Positions 28,251 through 37,121 are shown, counted from the stretch's first letter. The stretch: 64,000 nucleotides of DNA from Patescibacteria group bacterium (GCA_041742135.1 JBGSJG010000004.1:45975-109974); one strand, 5' to 3'. The notes: generated by a model not told the origin, from the sequence alone. Made by a program: numbers and translations.

Positions 28251-30823
28251 CAAAAAACGGTTTAGATAAGACAAAAAAAGGTGATTTTCGCGATGAACGC
28301 AAGTCTAAACTCTTCTTTGTACCCAAAGATGAGCTAACCTCCAAGACGGAACTTGAAGATCTTCGAAAGACCGTGTTTATGGATCGCTATTCTCTTCGCG
28401 ACGCGGATGACACGCCAATGGAGCAGTACCCCGAGCAAATGTGGACGAGAGTGGCCAAAGGTGTCTCGCAATTTGAGAAAAATAAAACGCTTCAGGCAAA
28501 GTGGGAAAAGAAATTTTATTCTGTTATGAAAGACTTTAAGTTTGTTCCTGCAGGGCGTATTTTGTCGGGCGCTGGAACTGGTTATGAAGTGACTTTTTTC
28601 AACTGCTACGTAATTCCTTCTCCTAGTGACTCTCGAGGTGGAATTATGGAAAACATTACCCAAACTGTTGAAATTCAATCTCGCGCTGGCGGAGTAGGGG
28701 TAAACCTCTCGACTCTTCGCCCCCGTGGGGCACGCGTCAGAAAAGTAAACGGCACAAGTAGCGGCCCTGTTAATTGGGCGGCACTATACTCAACAGCTAA
28801 TCACGATGTCATTCAACAAGGCGGAAGCCGCCGCGGCGCCCTGATGCTCATGCTTAACGATTGGCACCCCGATGTTGAAGAATTTATTCGTGTTAAAGAA
28901 GATCTGACTAAAATCCCGGGAGCCAACTTGTCTGTATGTGTAACTGACAAATTTATGGATGCGGTCAAGGCTGATGGCAATTGGGATCTTATTTTCCCAG
29001 ATTATGCCAACACTCCCGATTATGATGATTTTTGGGATGGAGACATAGATAAATGGATTGAATCTGGCCGCAAAGTCACGGTCTATAAAACCGTCAAAGC
29101 TCGCGAAGTATGGGACATGATTGCCGGCGCGGCGTGGAGGAGTGCTGAGCCCGGGCTTCACTTTATTGAGCGAAGTAATAAAAGAAGCAACACCTATTAC
29201 TTTGAAAAGCTCATTGCCACAAATCCCTGTGGTGAGCAGCCTCTAGGGGCTTGGGCGGTGTGTAACCTTGGTGCCATGAATTTAACCGCGTATGTTAAAA
29301 AGGATGGCAGTTTTGACTACGAATCTCTTGAGCGCGATGCCTCAGTTGCGATGCGTTTTATGGACAATGTGATTGAAGCGAATTTCTACTTTTACTCCGA
29401 AACATATGAATCTCAAATGGATATTAGGCGCACGGGCTTGGGAACAATGGGCCTTGGGGATGCGCTTATTATGATGAAAATCAAATACGGCTCGGACGAG
29501 TCTGTGAGGGTGATTGAGAAAATCTATAAGACAATTCGCGATTCAGCTTATCGCACCTCTGCACTTTTGGGAGCTGAAAAAGGTGTGTTTAGAAAATTTG
29601 ATCGCGATAAATATCTTAATGCTTGGTTTGTAAAAAGATTGCCAGAGGACGTTCGTGAATCCATTTCCAAAAATGGCATCCGAAATGCTGTACTTTTGAC
29701 CCAAGCCCCCACAGGAACTACATCGCTTTTGGCAGGAGTGAGCTCCGGAATCGAGCCTGTATACAATTTTGAATTTAAACGTAAAGATCGAACAGGGGAG
29801 CATATTGTCTACCATCCACTATTTGAGGCATGGAAGAAAGAGCACCCCAGTGAGCCCAAGCCAGAGCACTTTGTATGTGCCATGGATTTGTCCCCCGAGG
29901 AGCACTTGAAAGTTCAAGCAAAGGTTCAGGAATATACCGACAGCTCTATTAGTAAAACCGTGAATGCCCCCGAGAACTATTCGGTGGATGATGTTCGAGA
30001 ACTTTATACGAAAGCCTATGAATGGGGTTGTAAAGGTATAACCTTTTTCCGTGATGGATCCCGCGCTGGAGTTTTGGAAAGTGTCAAAGAGGAAAAGCCA
30101 AAAGAAACCTCTGCGGATGCACCGGCGAGAGTTGAACCAGAAAAAGAGCCAGAGCCTGTGGTGGCAAGTGCACCTATCCGTGAGGCAGATCAGTTGGCAC
30201 TGCCAGTGTCGCCTGAGGCTGGAGCAAGACTTATTAATCGCCCGTTTGTGGTTCACGGAGCTACTTATAAACTTAAAACTCCAGTAGGGACGGCATTTAT
30301 CACCATCAATAACGATGACGCAGGGGAGCCTTTGGAAATGTTTATTAATATCGGTAAAGCCGGAAGCGACGTCAGCGCCTTTGCAGTGGCTTTGGGTCGC
30401 ACGATTTCTGCTTCACTTCGGTTCAGAAGCACGCTTTCAGCTAAAGAGCGAGCCTTGGAGATTGCGGAGCAGCTTAAAGACATTGGAGGCCGCCGCTCAG
30501 TTGGCTTTGGCCAGAGCAGAATTCGCTCGCTTCCAGATGCCATAAGTGTAGCTTTGACTACTCATTTTGGTTTTACATTAAATGGTAACGGGCTTCACAC
30601 AAATGGCCATTCGCAGGACAAAGTAACTTTGACGCAAAATGAGACGGAGCTTATGGGTGTAGGAGCTTTGGGAGTGGATAACCCCGGAGGGCAAGTTATG
30701 ATGATGGCTGAGGAGCCCCAGTATGGGGCCAAGGTGGACCTCTGCCCCGAGTGCGGTGAACATACACTAGTTTTTGAAGAAGGCTGCGCCAAGTGCTACT
30801 CGTGTGGCCATGCTGAGTGCTAG
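28247..30823 (+). CDS. nrdJ: Adenosylcobalamin-dependent ribonucleotide reductase (class II)
   Basis: FNCYV, QGGSRRGALM, TNPCGEQPL, APTGT, SISKTVN, C-terminal CPECG..EEGCAKCYSCGHAEC. Confidence 0.96.
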   Translation: MTKNGLDKTKKGDFRDERKSKLFFVPKDELTSKTELEDLRKTVFMDRYSLRDADDTPMEQYPEQMWTRVAKGVSQFEKNKTLQAKWEKKFYSVMKDFKFVPAGRILSGAGTGYEVTFFNCYVIPSPSDSRGGIMENITQTVEIQSRAGGVGVNLSTLRPRGARVRKVNGTSSGPVNWAALYSTANHDVIQQGGSRRGALMLMLNDWHPDVEEFIRVKEDLTKIPGANLSVCVTDKFMDAVKADGNWDLIFPDYANTPDYDDFWDGDIDKWIESGRKVTVYKTVKAREVWDMIAGAAWRSAEPGLHFIERSNKRSNTYYFEKLIATNPCGEQPLGAWAVCNLGAMNLTAYVKKDGSFDYESLERDASVAMRFMDNVIEANFYFYSETYESQMDIRRTGLGTMGLGDALIMMKIKYGSDESVRVIEKIYKTIRDSAYRTSALLGAEKGVFRKFDRDKYLNAWFVKRLPEDVRESISKNGIRNAVLLTQAPTGTTSLLAGVSSGIEPVYNFEFKRKDRTGEHIVYHPLFEAWKKEHPSEPKPEHFVCAMDLSPEEHLKVQAKVQEYTDSSISKTVNAPENYSVDDVRELYTKAYEWGCKGITFFRDGSRAGVLESVKEEKPKETSADAPARVEPEKEPEPVVASAPIREADQLALPVSPEAGARLINRPFVVHGATYKLKTPVGTAFITINNDDAGEPLEMFINIGKAGSDVSAFAVALGRTISASLRFRSTLSAKERALEIAEQLKDIGGRRSVGFGQSRIRSLPDAISVALTTHFGFTLNGNGLHTNGHSQDKVTLTQNETELMGVGALGVDNPGGQVMMMAEEPQYGAKVDLCPECGEHTLVFEEGCAKCYSCGHAEC

Positions 30824-30880
30824 AAAATCCTCAAATCATCCTCGCCTTGGATAAATGGTAAGATTTATTTATCACTACTT

Positions 30881-31873
30881 ATGTCAGAGGATGGGCAGAT
30901 CATCAAACCAGAAGATATCGGCATTGAACCTGAAACAGTAATTCATGAGAAATCTGACGGGTCGGTTATGGGAGGTTTGTACGCCGCTCCCTGGGGAAGC
31001 TCGACAGGAAACCATGAGATTTTTATAGACACAATCGACTCAGAAAGAAGCGCAACTCTACAAAGAATAACAAGAGCAGCTGATAATATTAGAAACCCAA
31101 ATCAAACAACAGAAATTAACGGGTTGTTCTCTGCTTCTGAACGGGAGGTTGTTGCATCAAGACTGGAAGAGATATCAGAAAAATTACTAATGGATGAAGC
31201 TTACCGGAAATCTATGGTTGATCTCATGAGAATGCACGAAGAAATGCATAGGCTTAGAGAAGTGAGAATTCCCTCTAGTGGGTTTAATGTCGAAGATTCT
31301 GTGATGGACCACTTAGCCGATGGAATGGATGACGAGGAGGATTACAGTCAATTATTGAACAATTACTACAAAGGTTTAAATCAATTCGCGATTTACGATG
31401 AAACTTACGCACAGATTGGTGGAATTAGAAATGCTTACGGTGAGAGTGATCAAGATGTTAGGCGGGATTTTGTCTTTATGTCTTTTGCATTTTCTGCGCA
31501 AGAATTACTGGCAAGCAGCGAACCTGATATTTTAGGCAGTCTTTATAAAGTTCATCAAAATCCCACAATACCATTTCTTTTACCAAGTCATGAATTATCA
31601 AAAATTATTATAGCGTCTGGGGCGGGGGACTTGTCAGCTAAAGCGATGCGTGGAGAAATTTCTGAAAGTGAGTACAAGCAAATCGCAAGAACTTCAATTA
31701 AACGAGCTGTTTTAACCCCAGAATCAATTCTTTTCGAACTTGATAATAAAAACAGTCTGGTGATTGAGGTCGATCGTTGCTTGGGTGATAGCGCAAGATT
31801 AGTTAATGAATCTGTTTTACAAATGAATAGTGCCTATGAAAACAGTCAGCAAAGTGCTGGTAGTGAGCAATAA
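30881..31873 (+). CDS. Hypothetical acidic protein with HExxH (HEEMH)
   Basis: 330-aa ORF; MHEEMH then DETYAQ. Confidence 0.6.
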   Translation: MSEDGQIIKPEDIGIEPETVIHEKSDGSVMGGLYAAPWGSSTGNHEIFIDTIDSERSATLQRITRAADNIRNPNQTTEINGLFSASEREVVASRLEEISEKLLMDEAYRKSMVDLMRMHEEMHRLREVRIPSSGFNVEDSVMDHLADGMDDEEDYSQLLNNYYKGLNQFAIYDETYAQIGGIRNAYGESDQDVRRDFVFMSFAFSAQELLASSEPDILGSLYKVHQNPTIPFLLPSHELSKIIIASGAGDLSAKAMRGEISESEYKQIARTSIKRAVLTPESILFELDNKNSLVIEVDRCLGDSARLVNESVLQMNSAYENSQQSAGSEQ

Positions 31874-31881
31874 ATTTACAT

Positions 31882-31926
31882 GAAGGCTGTGCCAAGTGTT
31901 ATGCTTGCGGACATAGTGAATGTTAG
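31882..31926 (+). repeat. Displaced copy 1 of the nrdJ 3' end (EGCAKCYACGHSEC*)
   Basis: 15 codons matching 30779..30823 with mostly third-position changes. Confidence 0.9.
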
Positions 31927-31953
31927 TTCGCAAATATAACGAGTGAAACGAGT

Positions 31954-31980
31954 TACTCCTGCGGCCACGCAGAGTGCTAG
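31954..31980 (+). repeat. Displaced copy 2 of the nrdJ 3' end (YSCGHAEC*)
   Basis: 9 codons matching the nrdJ end; 4 differences, all synonymous. Confidence 0.85.
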
Positions 31981-32014
31981 GATAAACTCCGTATTTGTGG
32001 TAAAATCACGAACT

Positions 32015-32455
32015 ATGAGTTTAGAAAGGTATCCCGACAACCGCCTCGATGACATTCCAGATCAAACACACTTTCCAGAGATAGTTGACGATTTGTGTCG
32101 TCTTTATGATTCTCACAATGGTCTATCACTTTTGGATCTTGATGAGATCGGTATATCAGTGCCTGGGTTCTTAGAAGTACGACCCAGGGTCAGTTCGCAA
32201 GATCAGAATTCAGGCGAGGAATACAATTGGTTTGCGGTTTTTGTGTTTAATGTTGATGGCAGCGAAGTCCGCGCAGCAATTCCTTGGAGAAATGACAGTG
32301 ATCGGGCTGGCGATGTGGCGCTAGGGAGGTCAATTACGTTTTTTGCTCCAGAAGGCATTGATAATGAAAAGGTAGAAGGATTAGCTCAGGAGCTGTTTGA
32401 TTCTCTAAACGCTTATACAAAGAAGCAATTTTTACCTCCTGATATGGTAAATTAA
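32015..32455 (+). CDS. Hypothetical protein
   Basis: Start moved to ATG 32015 (MSLERYPDN), TAAAAT upstream. Confidence 0.6.
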   Translation: MSLERYPDNRLDDIPDQTHFPEIVDDLCRLYDSHNGLSLLDLDEIGISVPGFLEVRPRVSSQDQNSGEEYNWFAVFVFNVDGSEVRAAIPWRNDSDRAGDVALGRSITFFAPEGIDNEKVEGLAQELFDSLNAYTKKQFLPPDMVN

Positions 32456-32459
32456 CTTG

Positions 32460-33002
32460 ATGCCTATCTATACCAAAAAAGGGGACAAGGGGGAGACGGG
32501 GTTAATTGCCCAAAACCCAGAAGAGAAAATTCGAGTATCAAAAGACTCGGCTCGTGTTGAAGCCATCGGAGCAATTGATGAGCTTAATTCTTATCTTGGA
32601 GTTTGTCTTTCGTTTAGCAATATTCCCGAGCGCGCACCATTTTTGAAAGCGATTCAAGTGAATCTTTTTACTATAAACTCGATACTGGCTGGGAGTGACC
32701 TGAAATTTAATAAAAGCCACACCACACGATTGGAAAAGGAAATCGATAAAATCGACCTCAAAGTTACAAAACTTACGACTTTTGTAATGCCTGCTGGGAC
32801 TGTGTTCGCAACTCATTTGATGTATGCTCGCACACTAGCACGAAAAGCCGAGAGGCGCGCTGCAGGGCTTGCCAAAATCGAAAAAGTTCACCCAAATATT
32901 TTGATGTATCTAAACAGACTTAGTGACATGATTTTTACGCTTTTCCGAGAAGCCAATCACGAAGCGGGAATCCCTGAGACTTATTGGAAGGGCAAGCCCT
33001 AA
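32460..33002 (+). CDS. pduO: PduO-type cob(I)alamin adenosyltransferase
   Basis: IYTKKGDKGET, GAIDELNS, ARTLARKAER, YLNRLSD. Confidence 0.93.
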   Translation: MPIYTKKGDKGETGLIAQNPEEKIRVSKDSARVEAIGAIDELNSYLGVCLSFSNIPERAPFLKAIQVNLFTINSILAGSDLKFNKSHTTRLEKEIDKIDLKVTKLTTFVMPAGTVFATHLMYARTLARKAERRAAGLAKIEKVHPNILMYLNRLSDMIFTLFREANHEAGIPETYWKGKP

Positions 33003-33844
33003 CAACCTTCGTAAACGCCGTCGCATTTCGGACAGTGATCTCCCGCCGACATATATCCATTAATTGAGGCGCCGCAGTTGCCACAATTTTTGACATACTT
33101 TTTCTCACCACTTGCAGGCGAGTAAATTAAGAGTCTTGCTCCACTAGTACTTAAGTTTGCAAAAGTCTTCATGCCAACGGGGCAGCTTATGGGGTTTTCC
33201 CCCAGAAACCCTGATGTTTGCATCTCCTGAACTACAAGTTCGGGGGCGATACCCGCTCGAATTTTTTCTGCGAAATATTCTGCATTACTACGATTTGTTG
33301 GTTGAAGCACCTCTGGTTTTTTGTGTGACACAGACTCGATCCAGGTAAGTACCGCAAAGTATGTTTCATCTTCGTCTGGTGCGCTAATTAAGACACCTCT
33401 TTGTTCCTCGGGCTTAGGAATTTCTCCGTCGTATAGGATTGCAGAGTAGAGGAGAACCTTTTGCATTTTTTCGTTATAAACAATTTGATAAATCATTGTT
33501 TTGTTGCAGGGATAAACCCCTTCGAGTTTTGGGCTATGCCAGATAAAGACTCCTTCTTCTGTCTCTGCAACGCGTTTTTGAAGTTCCTGGGCAATTTGAT
33601 ATTCAACGCCGGGTGCAATGTGGGAAAGTATCGGGTCGCCCGTGTCCTCATCTATTAAAACTCCATCTTGGATTAGGTAAGGACGCGAATCTGGTGTGCG
33701 GTTGGTTTCGTTCGAGATACTTAGAAGTCTTGTTGTTAAGTCTTCTTTTTTAATGGATGGGTCTACCCAGTCGGAGGTCACCCAATTTAAAACCGTAACT
33801 TCGGGTGATTCTGCAAACGATGGTCTGATATCTACTGCCAACAT
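32999..33844 (-). CDS. Hypothetical protein with C-terminal Zn ribbon
   Basis: 281 aa; CGNCG...CPKC. Confidence 0.7.
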   Translation of the reverse strand: MLAVDIRPSFAESPEVTVLNWVTSDWVDPSIKKEDLTTRLLSISNETNRTPDSRPYLIQDGVLIDEDTGDPILSHIAPGVEYQIAQELQKRVAETEEGVFIWHSPKLEGVYPCNKTMIYQIVYNEKMQKVLLYSAILYDGEIPKPEEQRGVLISAPDEDETYFAVLTWIESVSHKKPEVLQPTNRSNAEYFAEKIRAGIAPELVVQEMQTSGFLGENPISCPVGMKTFANLSTSGARLLIYSPASGEKKYVKNCGNCGASINGYMSAGDHCPKCDGVYEGC

Positions 33845-33884
33845 ATTTCTTGCTCGAGAACCCCTCGGTTTACTCGGGGTAAAC

Positions 33885-34024
33885 AGTTGCTAGTTTTCCG
33901 GCTCTTCGACTCATTACACTCGCTCAAAGCTATAGCTTTCGTACTATAGTGGTGAGCGTAGTCGAACCACGGTTGCGGCACAGCTTGGGATTTTCACCCA
34001 ATTCCTTGAACACAACTTGTAACT
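33885..34024 (-). promoter_or_regulatory. Cobalamin riboswitch carrying REP-like insertions
   Basis: Minus strand reads AGGAATTGGGTGAAAATCCCAAGCTGTGCCGCAACCGTG...GAGCCGGAAAACTAGC, matching the GGAA, P4 T-loop, P5, GCAAC and B12-box pattern. Confidence 0.8.
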
Positions 34025-34054
34025 ATCAATATACAATTAATCGCAAAGAATACA

Positions 34055-34102
34055 AGATCCTTCGACTGCCTGCCCGCGCAGGCTGGCGCTCAGGATGAAT
34101 CT
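34055..34102. repeat. Composite REP: CCTTCGACTG|CGCTCAGGA with nested 18-bp palindrome variant (34069-34086)
   Basis: AGATCCTTCGACTG-CCTGCCCGCGCAGGCTGG-CGCTCAGGATGAATCT. Confidence 0.8.
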
Positions 34103-34151
34103 GTCAGTTTGCTTTTGAGGTTATAAGCCTAAAAGTATACAATAGTACAGT

Positions 34152-34496
34152 ATGACAATTGCAGAATCCCAGCCTCCCATCGATGCGTCTGTTGTTGAAA
34201 TTCCGGATCAGCCAGAAATTCCATCCAATATTGAAACTGCAACCGGGGTAACGAGCGTTCCCACGACACCTGCTCCAATTCAAGGACCTGCTGACCAGCC
34301 AGTCGTGCAATCAGTGCCCGCCCCCGCACAAAATACGCCACAGGTAAAAATTCCAGCGGTTGATGAGAAACAACTTGAGGAATATTCTCGCGGCAACAAG
34401 ACCGACGCGAAGACTTGGTTTGGAGTTTTTTGGATCCGAAAAATTAAGCAGGCAATAGGTGGCGGGCTTTCAGTAATTTTTGGGAAAACACAATGA
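34152..34496 (+). CDS. Hypothetical Pro-rich protein
   Basis: 114 aa; stop overlaps start of the ATPase gene. Confidence 0.65.
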   Translation: MTIAESQPPIDASVVEIPDQPEIPSNIETATGVTSVPTTPAPIQGPADQPVVQSVPAPAQNTPQVKIPAVDEKQLEEYSRGNKTDAKTWFGVFWIRKIKQAIGGGLSVIFGKTQ

Positions 34497-36823
34497 ATGT
34501 GCTTACTAGCTTACTAACAACAATTTTTTTGGGGTTGTTCGCGTTTATGTTCTTTTTTTTGTTTTTTCTGGCAATTCTTTGGTACGTAATCGAGCGTGTG
34601 CGGGCGAATGATCGTGAAGAAAAATCACTAGAATCAATTTTGCTTGAGGTTACGGTTCCTCGGGGGAATGAAATAAAAGTTGACGCTATGGAGCAGCTTA
34701 TTTCTTCGTTTGCTTCGATTAAGAAAAGCGGCTGGAAAATGCGCTTTAAGAGCCAGCCCACAATTTCGTTTGAAATACTTGGCAGAAACGAAGACATCAG
34801 GTTTTTCATCTGGGTACCTAAAGACCTTCGTGATTTTATCGAAAAACAAATTAACGGAGCTTACTCGGATGCTCATGTAATTGAAGTCCCCGAATACGAA
34901 ATTTTTACTGAGGAGGGCAAGGTTGCTTATAAAGCTTTTGAGCTTCGTAAAGAAAATTATTTTCCAATTAAAACATTCAAGGAGTTGCCAACTGATGCTC
35001 TGGCGACAATTACTTCGGCAATAGGGAAGATGAGTAAAGGTGAAGCAGCGGCTGTACAAATTCTTGTGTCTCCTACGCAGTCAGAGTGGCAAAAGGAAGG
35101 CCGAGCTTTTATCTCAAACACTAAAAAGCAGGAGTCAGACCCCACAAAGGCCAAGTTTTCTGTTTCTGCAAAAACTCTGGAAGCTGTAGAAAACAAAGTA
35201 AGTAAACCCGGTTTTGCAGTGGCTATTAGGATTGTAGTGGTATCTGAATCGGAGACGACGGCCAATGTTCATCTAAGTAATATCGCCAGCTCCTTTGCTC
35301 AGTATTCTAGCGATGTAAACAGTTTTACTTCCAAGAAAATCAAAAACAAAGGAGCTTTTGTCGAAAACTTCATTTACCGTTACATGCCTTCTGGCATTTT
35401 TGACAGAAGTGTTTCAATTTTAAATTCTGAAGAAATTGCTACGGTGTTTCATTTTCCAAACAAACTTGTTGCCACTCCGCACATTAAATGGCTCAATGCA
35501 AAAACTGCTCCGGCCCCAGCAGAGATTCCTCAAGAGGGCTTATTTATGGGCTATTCCACATATCGAGGTCTCAAGCGACCGGTTTACATTTCTGAAGTTG
35601 ATCGCCAGAGACACACATACATCATCGGAAAAACCGGTACTGGTAAATCTAAATTTTTGCAAAGCCAGATCTTACAAGACATTGAAGCAGGCCGCGGGCT
35701 TTGCTTTATGGATCCACACGGTGACGCTGTGGAGGAGCTTTTGGGCATGATTCCGCCTGAGCGTGCGGAGGATGTGATTTATTTTAGGCCAAGCGATTCG
35801 CTTCGCCCGATGGGCTTGAATTTACTTGAAGCCAAAACTGAAGATCAAAAGCATTTCGTGGCAACATCGGTTATTAACATGATGTACAAGCTTTTTGATC
35901 CATATAAAACTGGAATTGTGGGGCCGAGATTTGAACATGCTGTGAGAAACGCCATTTTGACTGTCTTGGCGGATGAAGGTGCTACGTTTGTGGAGGTTAT
36001 GCGTGTTTTGACGGATGCTAATTATGTTCGCGAATTACTGCCTAAAGTTGATGACCCGATTGTTCGCAGATACTGGACAGATCAGATTGCCCAAACCTCT
36101 GACTTTCATAAATCCGAAGTTTTGGACTACATAACCTCTAAGTTCGGGCGTTTTGTTACCAATAAAATGATCAGAAACATTATTGGTCAGTCTCAATCAT
36201 CGTTTAACTTTCGCGAGGTGATGGATCAAGGAAAAATTTTGTTTATTAATTTGTCTAAGGGTGAGCTTGGGGAGGAGAACTCTAACTTTTTGGGCTTGGT
36301 CATTGTGCCAAGAATCTTAATGGCTGCCATGAGCCGCTCTGATATTCCTGAAGAACAGCGTCGTGATTTTTATCTTTATGTCGACGAGTTTCAGAATTTT
36401 GCCACGCCAGATTTTGCCCAGATACTTTCAGAAGCCAGAAAATATCACTTAAGTTTGACTGTGGCAAATCAGTTTATTGGCCAAATTGACGATGAGATTA
36501 AAAACGCAATATTTGGTAACGTAGGTACGCTCATCACGTACCGCGTAGGTGTGAGCGATGCGCAATATCTGGCGCACGAATTTACACCGACTTTTGGTGA
36601 GGATGACCTTCTTAATATCGAAAAATACAACGTCTACATGAAGACGATTGTCCAAAATGAGCCAGTTCCGCCATTTTCTATGGCTGTGCCGGGAGACATC
36701 ATGGATAAGCTTAAAAACAGAAATCTCAAGCTTGCCGAGGCCTTAAAGGAAATGAGCCGGCTCAAATTTGGTCGAGACGTACGGCTTGTGGAACAAGAGA
36801 TTACGAGACGTGCCAAGTTGTAA
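34493..36823 (+). CDS. VirD4/TraD-like (HerA/FtsK superfamily) membrane ATPase
   Basis: N-terminal TM; HTYIIGKTGTGKS, DPHGD, YVDEFQNF, SEARKY, ANQF. Confidence 0.9.
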   Translation: MNVLTSLLTTIFLGLFAFMFFFLFFLAILWYVIERVRANDREEKSLESILLEVTVPRGNEIKVDAMEQLISSFASIKKSGWKMRFKSQPTISFEILGRNEDIRFFIWVPKDLRDFIEKQINGAYSDAHVIEVPEYEIFTEEGKVAYKAFELRKENYFPIKTFKELPTDALATITSAIGKMSKGEAAAVQILVSPTQSEWQKEGRAFISNTKKQESDPTKAKFSVSAKTLEAVENKVSKPGFAVAIRIVVVSESETTANVHLSNIASSFAQYSSDVNSFTSKKIKNKGAFVENFIYRYMPSGIFDRSVSILNSEEIATVFHFPNKLVATPHIKWLNAKTAPAPAEIPQEGLFMGYSTYRGLKRPVYISEVDRQRHTYIIGKTGTGKSKFLQSQILQDIEAGRGLCFMDPHGDAVEELLGMIPPERAEDVIYFRPSDSLRPMGLNLLEAKTEDQKHFVATSVINMMYKLFDPYKTGIVGPRFEHAVRNAILTVLADEGATFVEVMRVLTDANYVRELLPKVDDPIVRRYWTDQIAQTSDFHKSEVLDYITSKFGRFVTNKMIRNIIGQSQSSFNFREVMDQGKILFINLSKGELGEENSNFLGLVIVPRILMAAMSRSDIPEEQRRDFYLYVDEFQNFATPDFAQILSEARKYHLSLTVANQFIGQIDDEIKNAIFGNVGTLITYRVGVSDAQYLAHEFTPTFGEDDLLNIEKYNVYMKTIVQNEPVPPFSMAVPGDIMDKLKNRNLKLAEALKEMSRLKFGRDVRLVEQEITRRAKL

Positions 36824-36850
36824 GCTTCATTTGGTATAATATCCTCACTT

Positions 36851-37033
36851 GGGCCATTCGTTCATCGGCTAGGACGGGATTCTTATAGCGCAAAAATGGG
36901 CCTGTCGTTCAATGGTAGGACACCATTCTTATAAAGTGGACACGAAGGTTCGATTCCTTCCAGGCCCACATTTTTGCGATATATCGTGATGCGTTATAAA
37001 GTCCAAAGGATGGTTCGACTCCATCATGGCCCA
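36851..37033 (+). tRNA. Split tRNA-Ile(UAU): 5' half 36851-36887, 3' half 36999-37033, 111-nt insert
   Basis: Joined halves give a full cloverleaf: GGGCCAT/ATGGCCC, GTTC/GGAC, GGATT-CTTATAA-AGTCC, GATGG-TTCGACT-CCATC. Confidence 0.8.
36898..36968 (+). tRNA. tRNA-Ile(UAU), intact, nested within the split tRNA
   Basis: GGGCCTG/CAGGCCC-A, GTTC/GGAC, CCATT-CTTATAA-AGTGG, GAAGG-TTCGATT-CCTTC. Confidence 0.92.
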
Positions 37034-37036
37034 CAA

Positions 37037-37121
37037 GTAGGACGGATTTTTGTGACAACGAAGATTCGAAAATTTTGCGAAGCAAAAGAGTCAAGCTTTG
37101 CTTATTCCTTCCAGGCCCACA
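37037..37121 (+). pseudogene. Relic third tRNA-Ile copy with hairpin insertion in the T loop
   Basis: GTAGGACGGATT.., ACGAAGATTCGA, and an exact 18-bp repeat ATTCCTTCCAGGCCCACA (37104-37121 = 36953-36970). Confidence 0.7.

Noticed and set aside
36888-36998. Group I/II intron or archaeal BHB intron in tRNA-Ile
   Set aside because: Only 40 nt remain outside the inner tRNA, too little for a ribozyme. The junction pairing is a continuous helix, not bulge-helix-bulge.
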